From an uncultured candidatus Brocadiaceae bacterium (lineage in GTDB: Bacteria; Planctomycetota; Brocadiia; SM23-32): a stretch of DNA of 64,000 nucleotides. This document shows positions 1-10,188 of the stretch, piece after piece. Under the pieces are notes generated by a model that searched no databases, was not told the origin of the DNA, and saw only the letters and a list, made by a program, of their open reading frames with translations. The translations under genes and the position numbers were made by a program. Within the stretch, counting starts at the first letter, position 1. Every line of letters begins with the position of its first letter. Location: positions 20,985 through 84,984 of the forward strand of contig CAYSWA010000003.1 in NCBI GenBank assembly GCA_964434535.1, given 5' to 3'.

Positions 1-26
1 GAAAAAGGAGCGTCGCGATCTGATGC

Positions 27-362
27 CTAATCGCCGTGCGCGATAACCGTGAACTGCTGGAAGAGCCCGCCAAGGATGTTCAGGTACGAGAAGTCGCAGT
101 ACTTGATGGTCCGCAGATTACCCTCTTCGGCGGCCTCGTGCAGGCTACAGTCCCCGAACGAGAAAAGACCCAAAACACAGATCACAGAGCCCTCTCCGCT
201 CTTTGTGGCGACTGTTTGTCCCCCGGGCTCGGTGCTCAATGGAGCCTTATAGCTGGTGAAGCCGATACCCGTGGGCGGAATCACCGGCGCCAGGTAACCG
301 CAACCGGCCGTCACGGCCAGCATCGCACAGCACACCCCAACCAAACCTATCCGACTACTCAT
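27..362 (-). CDS. TRL-like small lipoprotein
   Basis: Lipobox signal peptide MSSRIGLVGVCCAMLAVTAGC. C-terminal VLGLFSFGDCS...NILGG resembles the TRL-like lipoprotein family. GGAGGA lies 6 nt upstream of the ATG at 362; the upstream in-frame M at 380 is treated as an extension. Confidence 0.55.
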   Translation of the reverse strand: MSSRIGLVGVCCAMLAVTAGCGYLAPVIPPTGIGFTSYKAPLSTEPGGQTVATKSGEGSVICVLGLFSFGDCSLHEAAEEGNLRTIKYCDFSYLNILGGLFQQFTVIAHGD

Positions 363-425
363 CTGCGTCCTCCATAGCATTAGTGTAATCAGCCGCAGTC
401 CAGGCCAGCCAGCACCGACCTGCCG

Positions 426-841
426 CTAACGTTGCCGGAAATCCACATGGACCTCGTCCGGGTCAAGCTTCCACATGGCGCCAGTGAGGGGGTCCACACC
501 CAGCCATCCCACAATCCCGCCGAAGATGAAGTTACCGCCCAGGTACCACATGCTCAGCTCGCTGTCTATCCCCTGATCGACGGAGCCGTACCCGGGCTTC
601 CTGACCGACACCTTGTACTCGGCGCCACGGAAGTAGCGCGCGCCCCGATCCAGGCGACCTGACAGGGGGTCTCGTCCTCGGCCACGACCCTGTCGCGGGC
701 GTCGTAGACCACCACGGAAGCCCCCGTCGGCTCCGAGGTGATCCGGACCTTCTGCGTGCTACCCTGCACGATCGTGGCACAACCCCAGCTCGTCGAAAGC
801 AGCAGCGCCAGCCCAACCAGTGCCGTTAACCTGATCCGCAT
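426..841 (-). pseudogene. PEGA-like lipoprotein, frameshifted at a G5 homopolymer (~653-657)
   Basis: ORF 566..841 has a signal peptide plus lipobox (LLLSTSWGC) and a PEGA-like TIVQGSTQKVRITSEPTGASVVV. ORF 426..611 continues the same protein in another frame (GAEYKVSVRKPGYG...DPLTGAMWKL). Adding one G to the GGGGG run restores a single 139-codon frame. Confidence 0.5.
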
Positions 842-939
842 GCGCCACCTCCCTCAGGAAGAAGGTCATACGCCCATCGAAGCCCTGCCGTGCAGAGACG
901 CCCGGTCCTCCCGGCCGGCCACGCCCGGTCAGGCCGCCG

Positions 940-968
940 ATTGTAGAGGCAATATAGAGAGTTGTCAA
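940..968 (-). promoter_or_regulatory. sigma70-like promoter TTGACA-N17-TACAAT (minus strand) upstream of the lipoprotein genes
   Basis: AT-rich island in GC-rich DNA. rc(963-968)=TTGACA, rc(940-945)=TACAAT, 17-bp spacer. About 95 nt upstream of the start at 841. Confidence 0.4.
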
Positions 969-1024
969 GACTTTTCCCGGCTGGTCCCACGCGTCATGGC
1001 TCGCGCCGGGCGCCCGCGAGGAGC

Positions 1025-1068
1025 GGGGCCGAAACCCGGGACTGTATCCCAATACGGCAGTCGGGAGC
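1025..1068. repeat. dispersed palindromic intergenic repeat, module 1 copy A (GGGGCCGAAACCCGGGACTGTATCCC...GCAGTCGGGAGC)
   Basis: Near-identical to the copies at 8991-9014 and 32645-32700, and related to the composite at 43036-43109. Intergenic. Confidence 0.6.
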
Positions 1069-1343
1069 AGGCAGCACGGCACGCCGCGCTGCGCGGTCAG
1101 GCCCCCCGCACCGACGATCAACGAACAACGAGCAACGGGACCGCGGACCGTCCCGGACTCTCGGCGGACAGAGCAGGGAAAGGACAAGCACCGCCCTCGC
1201 CGCGAGCACTCTGCCGTGGCAACGCGAAGTGTCCGGTCGGAGATGCTTCGCCCCGCCGTCGGCGGGACTCAGCATGACGAGGGGCGGGCGCCCACAGGCT
1301 GCCGCCCTGAACCGATCACCCGAGCCGATGGTATGATGGAAGC

Positions 1344-2951
1344 ATGCGCGGGGATGCGACGAGCAGGAGCGAACGGGCCGATGGCCCTGTTCGGGGCGAG
1401 CGCGGCAGGCGGCTGATGGTCACCGTCGCCGCGGGGCTGCTCGTGCTGATCGCCGTCGCGGCGATCGCCTGGCGGCTCTACGAGTGGCAGTATCAGCGCC
1501 GGGTCGAGGCCCGCCTGGGCCGGCTGCGCGCCGCCGGCAAGCCGACGAGCATCGAGGAGGTCCACGCCCGCCGCGAGCCGCTGCCGCCGGACGAGAACTC
1601 CGCGCTGATCCTGCTGAAGGCGTTGGAGCAGATGCGCGGCGTCGCGGCCCCGTACGCGGGGCCCACCATCGAGAAGCTCGTGGCCCACGTCGAGCTGGGC
1701 CGGCGCTGGTCGCCGGGGCTGAGGAAGGTCGTCGCACGCTACTTGGGCCCTTACGGCGCGATGATCGAGACCGTCCGGCACGCCGCCCGGCTGGAGCAGG
1801 GCGCTTATCGGCCGGAGGATCCGCTCTCGCCGCCGCGCGGCAGGCTCTCCGCCATGGCGGAGCTGTTCCACCTGGGCCAGATCTGCTGGCTTGCTTCGGC
1901 GGCGCGCTCGGAGGCCGCTGCCCCGCCGGTGGCCAAGGAGGGCGTCGAGGTCTGCGCGCGGCTGGCGGCCTCGGTCGGGGACGACCCCTTCCTGCGCCCC
2001 GTGCTGACGCGCCGCCGCCTGGACGCCACGTTCGTCAACGCCCTGGTGCGGCTGCTCGCCTTCGCGGAGCTGAGGCCGCAGGAGGTGGAGGAGCTGCGCG
2101 CCGAGGTGCAGCGGGAGCTCGACGTCATCGACCTGGGCGCGGCGCTCGCTGCGGAGCGCGTCCTCTGGCACGAGAAGCTCGCTCTGCGCCCCGCCCCCAG
2201 TCCCCCCGGCCCCGGCTGGTCGCCCTGGTGGGAGCGCCTGGCGCAACGCGGCGGCCGGCGCCTGGCCCCCTGGCGCCAGAGGGACCTGCTGGCGTGGCAC
2301 GACGCGCTGGACCGCATAGAGCCGCTGGCCGACCTGGCCCCACGGGAGCGGCTGCTGCGCCTGAAGCATCTGGAGGCCCAGGTCGCCGCCGGGACCCCGG
2401 CCGAGGGCGGCGCTTCTGCGGCGGTCTCCGCCCTGCTGAGCGACCTGCAGCGAGAGCTCTACGAGTGGACCCGGCTGCGGGTGGCGGACGCGGCGCTCGC
2501 CGTGGAGCTCTACCGGCTGCGGGAGGGCCGCTGGCCCGATTCCCTGGAGGATCTGGCGCCGGACCTGCTCGCGGAGGTGCCGCGCGACCCCTTCTCCGAT
2601 GGCCATCTTCGTTACCGTCGCAGGGCGTGGGGCGCCGTCGTCTACAGCGTGGGACCCGACGGGCGGGATGAGGGCGGGACCCATCGCCATGACGCCAACA
2701 AGGCCGCCGGGCCCGGCTCGCGCGTGGTGACGGGCTTCGACATCCCGTTCCGTCTGTTCCATCGCCAGCGGCGGTCGGCGCAGCCGGCCGATTTCGTGGA
2801 CGAGATCCTGCACGCCGCGGTGACCAGGCGCGAGCTGGAGATGGCCGGGCTGGACCGGGAGGAACTCACGCGGCTCGGGCTAACCGCGGCCGACCTGGCG
2901 CGCCTGGGCTTCGACGGCGCCCGCGAAGGCGCGGTCCGGCCGAACCCGTAG
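1344..2951 (+). CDS. hypothetical membrane-anchored protein with pseudopilin-like C-terminal motif
   Basis: N-terminal TM helix LMVTVAAGLLVLIAVAAIAW (alternative start 1416). Protein-like composition. C-terminal PRDPFSDGHLRYRRRAWGAVVYSVGPDGRDEGG resembles the GspG-type DPWGNxY...S.GPDG..GG motif. The overlapping antisense ORFs are R/G/P-rich junk. Confidence 0.5.
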   Translation: MRGDATSRSERADGPVRGERGRRLMVTVAAGLLVLIAVAAIAWRLYEWQYQRRVEARLGRLRAAGKPTSIEEVHARREPLPPDENSALILLKALEQMRGVAAPYAGPTIEKLVAHVELGRRWSPGLRKVVARYLGPYGAMIETVRHAARLEQGAYRPEDPLSPPRGRLSAMAELFHLGQICWLASAARSEAAAPPVAKEGVEVCARLAASVGDDPFLRPVLTRRRLDATFVNALVRLLAFAELRPQEVEELRAEVQRELDVIDLGAALAAERVLWHEKLALRPAPSPPGPGWSPWWERLAQRGGRRLAPWRQRDLLAWHDALDRIEPLADLAPRERLLRLKHLEAQVAAGTPAEGGASAAVSALLSDLQRELYEWTRLRVADAALAVELYRLREGRWPDSLEDLAPDLLAEVPRDPFSDGHLRYRRRAWGAVVYSVGPDGRDEGGTHRHDANKAAGPGSRVVTGFDIPFRLFHRQRRSAQPADFVDEILHAAVTRRELEMAGLDREELTRLGLTAADLARLGFDGAREGAVRPNP

Positions 2952-2957
2952 CGCCGC

Positions 2958-3025
2958 CGACGCTGGAGGGACGCGCTCTGGCCTGCCTTCCGAAGCCCGG
3001 TGGGGCGAAGGAGGGTCGCGTCCGG
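2958..3025. repeat. intergenic repeat, module 2 (two tandem copies of GGAGGGACGCGCTC-like motif)
   Basis: GCTGGAGGGACGCGCTCTGG and GCGAAGGAGGGTCGCGTCCGG. The same module occurs at 9033-9051 (rc) and 32693-32722. Sits between convergent genes. Confidence 0.5.
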
Positions 3026-3044
3026 CCGTTGCCGCGCGCCCCGC

Positions 3045-4208
3045 TCATATCCGCCGGCGGCGGGGTTCCAGGTCGATCTTGAGGGCGAGGAACTGGAGCA
3101 GGTCGCGCAGGCTGACGATGCCGACCGGGCGGCCGTCCTCGACGATGACGGCCCGGGGCTCCTCGCGCTGGCGCAGCTCGGCGAGCACGTCCACGGCGTC
3201 GGCTTCGGGGCCGATGGTGAGCACCTCGTCCATCTCCCGCATCAGTTCGCCGACGGTGGTCTCGGGCCATCGGCCGCGTTCGACGTCGCCGGGCGCACGC
3301 GCGCTCATCAGCCCCGCCATCCGCCCGTCCTCGTCCACCACGGGGTAGTAGGTGAAGCGGTGATGGAAGACGCAGTCCTCCACGAACTCGTCGACGGGCA
3401 TCTCGCGCGGCACCGTCACCAGGTCGGTGGTCATGAAGCGGGCGACCCGCTCCCCCTGGAGCTGCTGGCGGATGGTGACCATCTGGAGGCTGCCGGCGGC
3501 GGCCTGGCGCAGGAAGAAGCCGATGATGGCGAGCCAGACGCCGGTGATGACCACGTTGTTCAGCAGCAGGAAGACGCCGAGCATGATCAGCCCGAACCCG
3601 AAGAACGATCCGATGGCCACGGCCACGCGGGTGGCCGTCTGGAGGTCGTCGGTCACGCCCCAGAGGATGCTTCGCAGCACCCGCCCGCCGTCCAGCGGGA
3701 AGGCCGGCATGCTGTTGAAGCCGGCGAGCATGAAGTTCATGTAGCAGAGCAGGCCGAGCAGCGCGCGCACGGCGCCGTGCCACTCCGCATAGCGCGCGAC
3801 GAGCCAGAGGCCGAGGAAGGCGATGCCGATCAGCACGCTGGAGAGGGGCCCGACGACGGCCATGAAGAACTCCGTCCCCGCCGTCGGCGGCTCGTCCTCG
3901 AGCTGGCTCACCCCGCCGAAGATGAACAGCGTGATCCCGGAGACCGGCATGCCCGTGGCGCGCGCCACCAGCGAGTGGCAGAGCTCGTGGGCGATGAGCG
4001 AGGCGAACAGCCCGACCGTGCCGATCGCCGCCAGCCCCCAGCGAAGCTGCCAGCCCGCCTCCATGTCGAGCTTGCCCAGCCGCTGCGGGAAGTACCAGTT
4101 CGCCAGGCTGAACATGACCAGCGCGACCAGGAACAGCCAGGACAGGTTCGCCTTGATGGGCAGCCCGAACAGACGGAACAGCGTCTTGTCTCGTCCGATC
4201 AGCGGCAT
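3045..4208 (-). CDS. site-2 protease family (M50) zinc metalloprotease with C-terminal CBS pair
   Basis: HEXXH (HELCHS), LDGG motif, multiple TM helices, CBS-domain-like C-terminus. Start taken at MPLIGRDK. Confidence 0.85.
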   Translation of the reverse strand: MPLIGRDKTLFRLFGLPIKANLSWLFLVALVMFSLANWYFPQRLGKLDMEAGWQLRWGLAAIGTVGLFASLIAHELCHSLVARATGMPVSGITLFIFGGVSQLEDEPPTAGTEFFMAVVGPLSSVLIGIAFLGLWLVARYAEWHGAVRALLGLLCYMNFMLAGFNSMPAFPLDGGRVLRSILWGVTDDLQTATRVAVAIGSFFGFGLIMLGVFLLLNNVVITGVWLAIIGFFLRQAAAGSLQMVTIRQQLQGERVARFMTTDLVTVPREMPVDEFVEDCVFHHRFTYYPVVDEDGRMAGLMSARAPGDVERGRWPETTVGELMREMDEVLTIGPEADAVDVLAELRQREEPRAVIVEDGRPVGIVSLRDLLQFLALKIDLEPRRRRI

Positions 4209-4241
4209 GCGTCGCCCCCTTCCGTGGAATCTGCCCACTGC

Positions 4242-4247
4242 ATTATA
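4242..4247 (-). promoter_or_regulatory. -10 box TATAAT (minus strand) upstream of S2P protease gene
   Basis: rc gives CCGCTATAATGCAG about 30 nt upstream of the ATG. Same GCTATAAT box as at 16793 and 21137. Confidence 0.35.
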
Positions 4248-4283
4248 GCGGCTGCGGGAAGGGCATGCGGGGGACGGGCGGGG

Positions 4284-5717
4284 TCATCGCCGGCGCCCTT
4301 TCGCCGCCTTCAGGACCTTTGCCTCGGCCCGCTCGCGGTAGAAGGGGTCGAGCGGATAGCAGCCCGAGACCAGGCCCATGCGCGGCGCGCTGGTGCAGTC
4401 GCCGAAGGTGCGGCAGATGCGCCGCCGCTCGAGCGCCCGGCCGGCCAGCACGTCGGCCGGCAGCTCGGGGTAGGAGAGCATCATCCGGCCGAGGCCGGCA
4501 AAGTCCGCCATGCCCCTACGCACCGCCGCCTGGGCCACGTGCGGCAGCCACTCCTGCAGGTAGGTGTAGCCCGAGCCGACAATCGTCAGGGCGGGCAAGC
4601 GCGCCTTGAGCGCTGCGGTAAGCGCGACGTGCCGCGCCACGCCGAGGAGCGGGTCCTCCGGCGGCGGGTAGCCGTCGCTCGGCGGATAGAGGGCCGGGCG
4701 GGTAAGGTGCGGATTGTAGTAGGGGCTGCCGAGCGAGACGTTCACGAGGCGCACGCCGAGCTCCTCCAGCAGGCCGAGCAGGCGGAGCGGCTCCTCCAGC
4801 GCGGGCCGGAGCGGATCGTCCGGGTCCGCCCCGAAGGCGTAGGGATAGGGGACCGGGAAATCGACCGGCGCGCCCGTGCCGTCCGGGCCGGCGGCGAACG
4901 GCGGCGTGTCGAAGGCGCTCAGCCGCACGCCCACGCGCAGCCCCGGCACGCGCCGCCGGATGCCCTCCACGATCATGCGCAGGAACCGCGTGCGGTTCCC
5001 GAAGCTCCCGCCGAAGGGGCCGGGCCGCTCGTGCGCGGTGAGCAGCTCGTGCGCGAGGTAGCCGTGGCAGTGCTTGACGTCCACGAAGGCGAAGCCGGCT
5101 CCCGCGGCGAGGGCCGCCGCTTCGACGAAGCGCCCGGCGATGCCTTCGATCTCGGGGTCGGTCAGCACGGGCAGCTCGGGCGGCGCGCCGAACCGCGCGT
5201 CGAGCAGCGGGTGGCGGTAGGCGATGCGGGGCGCGGGGCGGCCGTCGGGCCGCGCGAAGCGGCCGGAGTGGGTGAGCTGGAGTCCGACGAGCAGGTCGTC
5301 CGTCCGCCCGCATGCCTCCCGGTGGGCCTCGACGAGCAGCTCGCGCAGCTCGGCGAGGGCCGGCAGGTTCGCCTCGCTGATGAGGAGCTGGCGGGGGTTC
5401 GCGCGGCCCTCGCGCATGACGGCGACGGCCTCGCCGCCCCAGACGAGCTTGGCGCCGCTGCGGCCGAAGTTGCGCCATCGGCGGCGCGTCAGCTCGCTCG
5501 GCCGCCCGTCCCGGGTGCCGTCCCAGCCCTCCATCGGTTGCACGCAGAAGCGGTTGCCGACGACGGGGCCGTCGGCGAGCTCCAGCGGCCGCGCGAGCGG
5601 CGCGGCGGGGCCGGACTCGATCTCGTCGTCGACCGGCAGTTCGAGGCCGAGGGAGGCCGCGTAGTCCCGCAGCTCCTCGGCGCTCTCGATGCTGGCCAGG
5701 CGGCGGCAGTCGGGCAT
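4284..5717 (-). CDS. NADH:flavin oxidoreductase, Old Yellow Enzyme family
   Basis: [19 protein letters not shown] and TIM-barrel OYE motifs. Confidence 0.85.
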   Translation of the reverse strand: MPDCRRLASIESAEELRDYAASLGLELPVDDEIESGPAAPLARPLELADGPVVGNRFCVQPMEGWDGTRDGRPSELTRRRWRNFGRSGAKLVWGGEAVAVMREGRANPRQLLISEANLPALAELRELLVEAHREACGRTDDLLVGLQLTHSGRFARPDGRPAPRIAYRHPLLDARFGAPPELPVLTDPEIEGIAGRFVEAAALAAGAGFAFVDVKHCHGYLAHELLTAHERPGPFGGSFGNRTRFLRMIVEGIRRRVPGLRVGVRLSAFDTPPFAAGPDGTGAPVDFPVPYPYAFGADPDDPLRPALEEPLRLLGLLEELGVRLVNVSLGSPYYNPHLTRPALYPPSDGYPPPEDPLLGVARHVALTAALKARLPALTIVGSGYTYLQEWLPHVAQAAVRRGMADFAGLGRMMLSYPELPADVLAGRALERRRICRTFGDCTSAPRMGLVSGCYPLDPFYRERAEAKVLKAAKGRRR

Positions 5718-5730
5718 GGCGGTAGCGGGG

Positions 5731-6516
5731 TCAGAGCCGGCACAGGTGGAAGCCGCCGTCCACGTCGATCACCTCGCCGGTCGAGAACGGGAGGCGGCCT
5801 TCGGCGATGGCGGCGACGGCCAGGGCGACCTCCCGCGGCTCGCCCCAGCGCGGGATCGGGGTCAGGCCGCCGGCGATCAGGGCCTCGTAACGCTCGGCGA
5901 CGGGCGCCGTCATGTCGGTGCGGATGAGGCCGGGGCGGACCTCGTAGACGTTGATCCCGTGGCCGGCCAGGCGCGCCGCGAAGAGCCGCGTCACCATGGC
6001 GAGGCCGGCCTTCGAGATGCAGTACTCGGGGCGGTCGGGGCTGGCGGCGTAGGCGCTGACGGAGCCGACGTTGACGATGTCCGCCCGCTCGATCGCCCCC
6101 GACTCGATCAGCCCGATCATGGCGCGGGCGACCCGCTGGGTGAGGAAGAAGGCGCCCTTCAGGTTCACGGCCACGATGCGGTCGAAGGACTCCTCGCTCG
6201 TCTCGAGCAGGTCGAGGCGCCGGGCGGGGGCGGCGCCGGCGTTGTTGACGAGCATGTCGATGCGGCCCAGCGCCCCCAGGGCCTCCCCGACCAGCCGCTC
6301 GCGGTCGGCGGCGCCGGCCACGTCGGCCCGGAGGGTCAGCGCCTCCCCGCCGGCCTGCTCCACCAGGCGGGCGGCCTCGGCGGCGGCCTCCTCGTCGGCC
6401 CGGTAGTTGACGGCCACCCGCCATCCCCGCTCGCCGAGCGCCACGGCGATCGCCCGCCCGATCCCCCGCCCGGCGCCCGTCACCAGCGCGACCCGCGCTT
6501 CGTCGTCAGCTCTCAT
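5731..6516 (-). CDS. SDR-family oxidoreductase (3-oxoacyl-ACP reductase-like)
   Basis: [12 protein letters not shown] Rossmann motif, NNAG, YxxxK (YCISKAG). Confidence 0.85.
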   Translation of the reverse strand: MRADDEARVALVTGAGRGIGRAIAVALGERGWRVAVNYRADEEAAAEAARLVEQAGGEALTLRADVAGAADRERLVGEALGALGRIDMLVNNAGAAPARRLDLLETSEESFDRIVAVNLKGAFFLTQRVARAMIGLIESGAIERADIVNVGSVSAYAASPDRPEYCISKAGLAMVTRLFAARLAGHGINVYEVRPGLIRTDMTAPVAERYEALIAGGLTPIPRWGEPREVALAVAAIAEGRLPFSTGEVIDVDGGFHLCRL

Positions 6517-7603
6517 CGGCCAGCACCTTGCTCAGTGTCTCCAGGAAGAAGTAGTCGCCCCACATGACGCTCTCGTCCACGCCGAGCCCCTTGCGCTCGT
6601 GGTAGATGGCATGCTTGAGCACGCCCTCCCAGCCGGGCGTCTCGACGGCGAGGAACTGCGGCGTGCAGAGCGTGGCGAGGATGCGCAGCGCGTAGTCGCG
6701 GTATCGCCCGCCCGCTTCGCCGAGCATCTCCGAGAGCCTCCACATCCCGCCGGCGGCCACGGCGGCGGCGGACGACTCGTAGGGGAGGGCCGGATCCGGC
6801 TCGTCCCAGTCGTTCGGCGGCACCCCGTGGGCGCCAGTCCGCTCGATGTAGTAGTCGGCGCAGCGGCGGGCCGTCTCGAGCAGGCGCGCGTCGCCGCTGA
6901 AGGAGTAGGCCGTCCCGAACCCGTAGACCGCCCATGCCTGTCCGCGCGCCCAGCACGAGTCACCGCGCCAGCCCTGGCGGGTCTGCTGGCGCAGGAACTC
7001 GCCGGTGCGCAGCGCGAAGATGCCCTCGTGGGCCGTGCTCCCGTCCCCGCGCACCAGCCGGCGCCGGGTTGTCCGGCAATGCTGATCGGCGATGCGCCGG
7101 AGGGCCTCGTCGCCGGCCTGCTCGGCGGCGTAGAAGACGATCCCCACGTTCATCATGATGTCGATAAACAGGCTCTGCTCGCCGAGGAAGGAGCAGAGGT
7201 ATCCGCCCGGTTCCTGGAAGCGGAGGGCGAGGGTGCGGCCGGCCTCGACGACGACCCGGCGCGTGCGCTCCTCGCCGGTCAGGTCGTGCCAGCGCTTCCA
7301 GGTCGGCCAGAACAGGAAGCCGAGGTCGTGCACCGAGCGGTCGGCCTTGCGCGGCTCGATCAGGCGCGAGCAGCGCTCGGCCTGCCGGCGCCACCACTCC
7401 TCGCCCGTGCGCTCGTAGATGAGCCAGAGCTCGCCGCCGAGGAAGCCCTCGCACCAGTTGGTCCACCGCTCGCCCTCGTGGCGCCACCGGCCGCAACGGC
7501 TGTAGGTGGGGAAGAAGCCGGGGTGGCGCTCGACGAGCCGGCGCACCTGCCCGGCGGCGAACTCGAAGGCGCGCGCGGCCCGCTGCCTGAAGTCCTCGGC
7601 CAT
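6506..7603 (-). CDS. unsaturated glucuronyl/rhamnogalacturonyl hydrolase, GH88/GH105 family
   Basis: [20 protein letters not shown] and [10 protein letters not shown] motifs are typical of GH88/GH105. Confidence 0.8.
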   Translation of the reverse strand: MAEDFRQRAARAFEFAAGQVRRLVERHPGFFPTYSRCGRWRHEGERWTNWCEGFLGGELWLIYERTGEEWWRRQAERCSRLIEPRKADRSVHDLGFLFWPTWKRWHDLTGEERTRRVVVEAGRTLALRFQEPGGYLCSFLGEQSLFIDIMMNVGIVFYAAEQAGDEALRRIADQHCRTTRRRLVRGDGSTAHEGIFALRTGEFLRQQTRQGWRGDSCWARGQAWAVYGFGTAYSFSGDARLLETARRCADYYIERTGAHGVPPNDWDEPDPALPYESSAAAVAAGGMWRLSEMLGEAGGRYRDYALRILATLCTPQFLAVETPGWEGVLKHAIYHERKGLGVDESVMWGDYFFLETLSKVLADES

Positions 7604-7694
7604 CCTCTCCTCCCGCTGCGTTCCGGCCGGCCATCTTACGGGCGCCGCGAGAGGCCGTCAACGCGGGCTGGCGCCGACCCGTAGCACAGGCCCC

Positions 7695-8900
7695 CTACGG
7701 GCGCCAGATGGTGCCGTCGGGCAGGCGGCTCACCGTCCAGGTGGGGTTGGCCTCGTCGGCGGGGAACCTGGCGGCCAGCTCCTCGTCGAACTCGATCCCC
7801 AGCCCCGGCCGGTCGTTGGGGTAGGCGTAGCCTTCGCGCACCTCGGGCATGCCGGGGAAGAGGTCCCGCTCGGCCTGGCCGCGGCGGCTCCACTCCTGCA
7901 CGCCGAAGTTGTGGCAGGCCAGGTCCAGGTGCACGTTGGCCGCCATGCCGACCGGCGAGACGTCGCCCGGCCCGTGCCAGGCCGTGCGCACGCCGAACGC
8001 CGCGCACGTGTGCGCCAGCTTAAGCGCCGGCGTGATGCCGCCGATCTGGGAGACGTGCACGCGGATGAAGTCGATGAGCCGCTCGGCGATGATCGGCGTC
8101 ATCTCGCGCGGGTTGTTGAACAGCTCGCCCATGGCGATCGGCGTGGCGCAGACGGCGCGGATCTGCCGCAGCCAGTCCAGGTCCTCCGGCGCCACCACGT
8201 CCTCCAGGAAGAAGAGGCGGTAGGGCTCGAGCGCCCTGGCCAGATAGACGGCGTCGATCGGGGCGAGGCGCTCGTGCACGTCGTAGAGCAGCTCGACCTC
8301 GTCGCCGAGCTCGGCCCGCAGGTAGTCGAAGAAGTCGGGGATGCGGCGGACCTTCTCGCGGGGGTCGAAGTAGTCGCCGGGCGGGGCGCCTTCGGGACGC
8401 GCCATGTCCGCCCCTTCGGTCCCCGGGTAGCCGCCGAGCTGACAGCGCACGTAGCGGAATCCTTCGGCCATCAGCGCCTCGGCCCGTTCGGCCACCGCGC
8501 GGGGCTCGGGGCCGTCGGCATGGACGTAGACGGCCGCCGCCGGCCGGCACGCCCCGCCCCAGAGCCGGTAGCAGGGCATCCCGGCCAGCTTGCCCAGGAT
8601 GTCCCAGAGCGCCATGTCGACCCCGCTGATGGCGTTGTTGAGCACCGGCCCGTTGCGCCAGTAGCCGTTGACCATGGCGCACTGGTAGATGTCCTCGATG
8701 TCGCGCGGGTCGCGTCCGACGACGAAGGGGCCGACGTGGCCGTCGAGCGCCGCCTTCACCGCCAGGTGGCGCTGGGTGAACGTGGCGCAGCCGAGGCCGT
8801 AGAGCCCGTCCTGGTTGGTGAGCACGCGGACGACGACGAGGCGGGCGCGGCCGGGCTGGGTGACGGTTGTGCGGACCTCGGCGATCTTCAGCTCGCTCAT
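7695..8900 (-). CDS. enolase-superfamily D-mannonate/galactonate dehydratase (ManD/RspA-like)
   Basis: Mandelate racemase/muconate lactonizing enzyme fold motifs (KIAEVRTTVT..., LLYDVHERL, FFLED, HGPGDVSPV). Confidence 0.85.
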   Translation of the reverse strand: MSELKIAEVRTTVTQPGRARLVVVRVLTNQDGLYGLGCATFTQRHLAVKAALDGHVGPFVVGRDPRDIEDIYQCAMVNGYWRNGPVLNNAISGVDMALWDILGKLAGMPCYRLWGGACRPAAAVYVHADGPEPRAVAERAEALMAEGFRYVRCQLGGYPGTEGADMARPEGAPPGDYFDPREKVRRIPDFFDYLRAELGDEVELLYDVHERLAPIDAVYLARALEPYRLFFLEDVVAPEDLDWLRQIRAVCATPIAMGELFNNPREMTPIIAERLIDFIRVHVSQIGGITPALKLAHTCAAFGVRTAWHGPGDVSPVGMAANVHLDLACHNFGVQEWSRRGQAERDLFPGMPEVREGYAYPNDRPGLGIEFDEELAARFPADEANPTWTVSRLPDGTIWRP

Positions 8901-8990
8901 CGGCGGTCCTCGCGCGGGCGTGGTTGGGCGCAGACGCGGGCATTGTAGGGCCGCCCGCCGGCGCCGTCAACGCCTCTGCCGGCAGGGAAC

Positions 8991-9051
8991 GGAGCCGAAA
9001 CCCGGGACTTTCGGCGGCCAACCGGACGCGACGGGGCGCGTCCCTCCGAAG
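8991..9051. repeat. dispersed intergenic repeat copy B (module 1 forward + module 2 reverse)
   Basis: GGAGCCGAAACCCGGGACTTTCGG followed by GGGGCGCGTCCCTCCGAAG. In the divergent manD/mutY intergenic region. Confidence 0.6.
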
Positions 9052-9075
9052 CAAGATGCCGGCGCTACCCGCGCC

Positions 9076-9104
9076 TTGAGCGCGGCGGGGCGGCCGCGTA
9101 TCCT
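9076..9104 (+). promoter_or_regulatory. candidate promoter TTGAGC-N17-TATCCT for mutY
   Basis: Best hexamer spacing upstream of the ATG at 9112; weak matches. Confidence 0.25.
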
Positions 9105-9111
9105 GCCGCGA

Positions 9112-10188
9112 ATGGACCCCCGCACCGCCAGGCTCATCGGACGCCGCATCGTGCTCTGGTACGGGCGCAACGCGCGCGACCTGCCGTGGCGTGCCGACCC
9201 GACGCCCTACTCGGTCTGGGTCAGCGAGGTGATGCTCCAGCAGACCGTCGTGGCCACCGTCGGGCCCTACTTCCGGCGCTGGATGGAGCGGTTCCCGGAC
9301 GTGGCGACGCTGGCGGCCGGCCCGGAGCGGGCGGTGCTCGCCGCCTGGGAGGGGATGGGCTACTACCGGCGCGCGCGGCGCCTGCACGCCGCCGCCCGGC
9401 TGATCGTCGAGCGGCACGGCGGCCGGGTGCCCTGCGCCCGTGAGGACCTCCTCGCCCTGCCGGGCGTCGGGCCCTACATCGCCGCCGCCGTCCGCAGCAT
9501 CGCCTTCGGAGAGGACGAGGTGGCCCTCGACGCCAACGTCGTGCGCGTCTTCATGCGCCTGCTCGCCCTGGAGGGGACGGGCGCGGAGGCGGACGTGCGC
9601 CGCGAGGTGCGCGCGGCGGCACGGGCCGCCCTGCCCCCGGGCCGCTCGGCCGAGCTGAACCAGGGACTGATGGACTTCGGGAGCCTGATCTGCCGGGCCC
9701 GCGCGCCGCTCTGCCCCGGCTGCTTCCTGCGCGGCCGGTGCGCCGCCTTCGCCGGAGGGCGCCAGCACGAGATCCCCCGCCGCGACCCGCGCAGGCTGAA
9801 GAAGATCCGCACGGCCGTCGCCGTCATCCGCCGGGACGGGGAAGTCTTCCTCCAGCGTCGCCCGGACGACGGTCTATTCGCCGGGATGTGGGAGTTCCCC
9901 GGCGGCAAGCTGCGCGAGGGCGAGTCGCCGCGCGAGGGGCTGGCGCGGGAGTGCCGCGAGGAGCTCGGCGTCGCGGTGCGTCCGGGGCCGAAGCTGATCG
10001 AGCTGACGCACTACTACACGGCCTTCCACGTGCGCCTGCACGCATTGCTCTGCCCCGACCCCGGCGGCCTGCCGCTCGATGACGATCACTGCTGGGTGGC
10101 GGCCGACAAGCTGTCGGATTACCCCATGCCGTCGGCCAACCGGCGGGTGGTCGAGGCGCTGGCGGAGCGGCAGGCCGGGGGCCGCTAA
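9112..10188 (+). CDS. mutY: A/G-specific adenine DNA glycosylase MutY (HhH-GPD + 4Fe-4S + NUDIX-like domain)
   Basis: [34 protein letters not shown], CxxxxxxCPxC cluster, [13 protein letters not shown]-like C-terminus. Confidence 0.85.
   Translation: MDPRTARLIGRRIVLWYGRNARDLPWRADPTPYSVWVSEVMLQQTVVATVGPYFRRWMERFPDVATLAAGPERAVLAAWEGMGYYRRARRLHAAARLIVERHGGRVPCAREDLLALPGVGPYIAAAVRSIAFGEDEVALDANVVRVFMRLLALEGTGAEADVRREVRAAARAALPPGRSAELNQGLMDFGSLICRARAPLCPGCFLRGRCAAFAGGRQHEIPRRDPRRLKKIRTAVAVIRRDGEVFLQRRPDDGLFAGMWEFPGGKLREGESPREGLARECREELGVAVRPGPKLIELTHYYTAFHVRLHALLCPDPGGLPLDDDHCWVAADKLSDYPMPSANRRVVEALAERQAGGR

Noticed and set aside
1269-2813. 514-aa minus-strand ORF (and 395-aa ORF 1484..2671) overlapping the 1344..2951 gene
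   Set aside because: Extreme R/G/P/A low-complexity composition typical of antisense frames of GC-rich genes. The plus-strand frame has a TM helix and balanced composition.
3000-5927. 975-aa plus-strand ORF spanning the S2P protease and OYE genes
   Set aside because: Antisense to two well-supported genes with clear catalytic motifs. Low-complexity D/E/G/R/A content.
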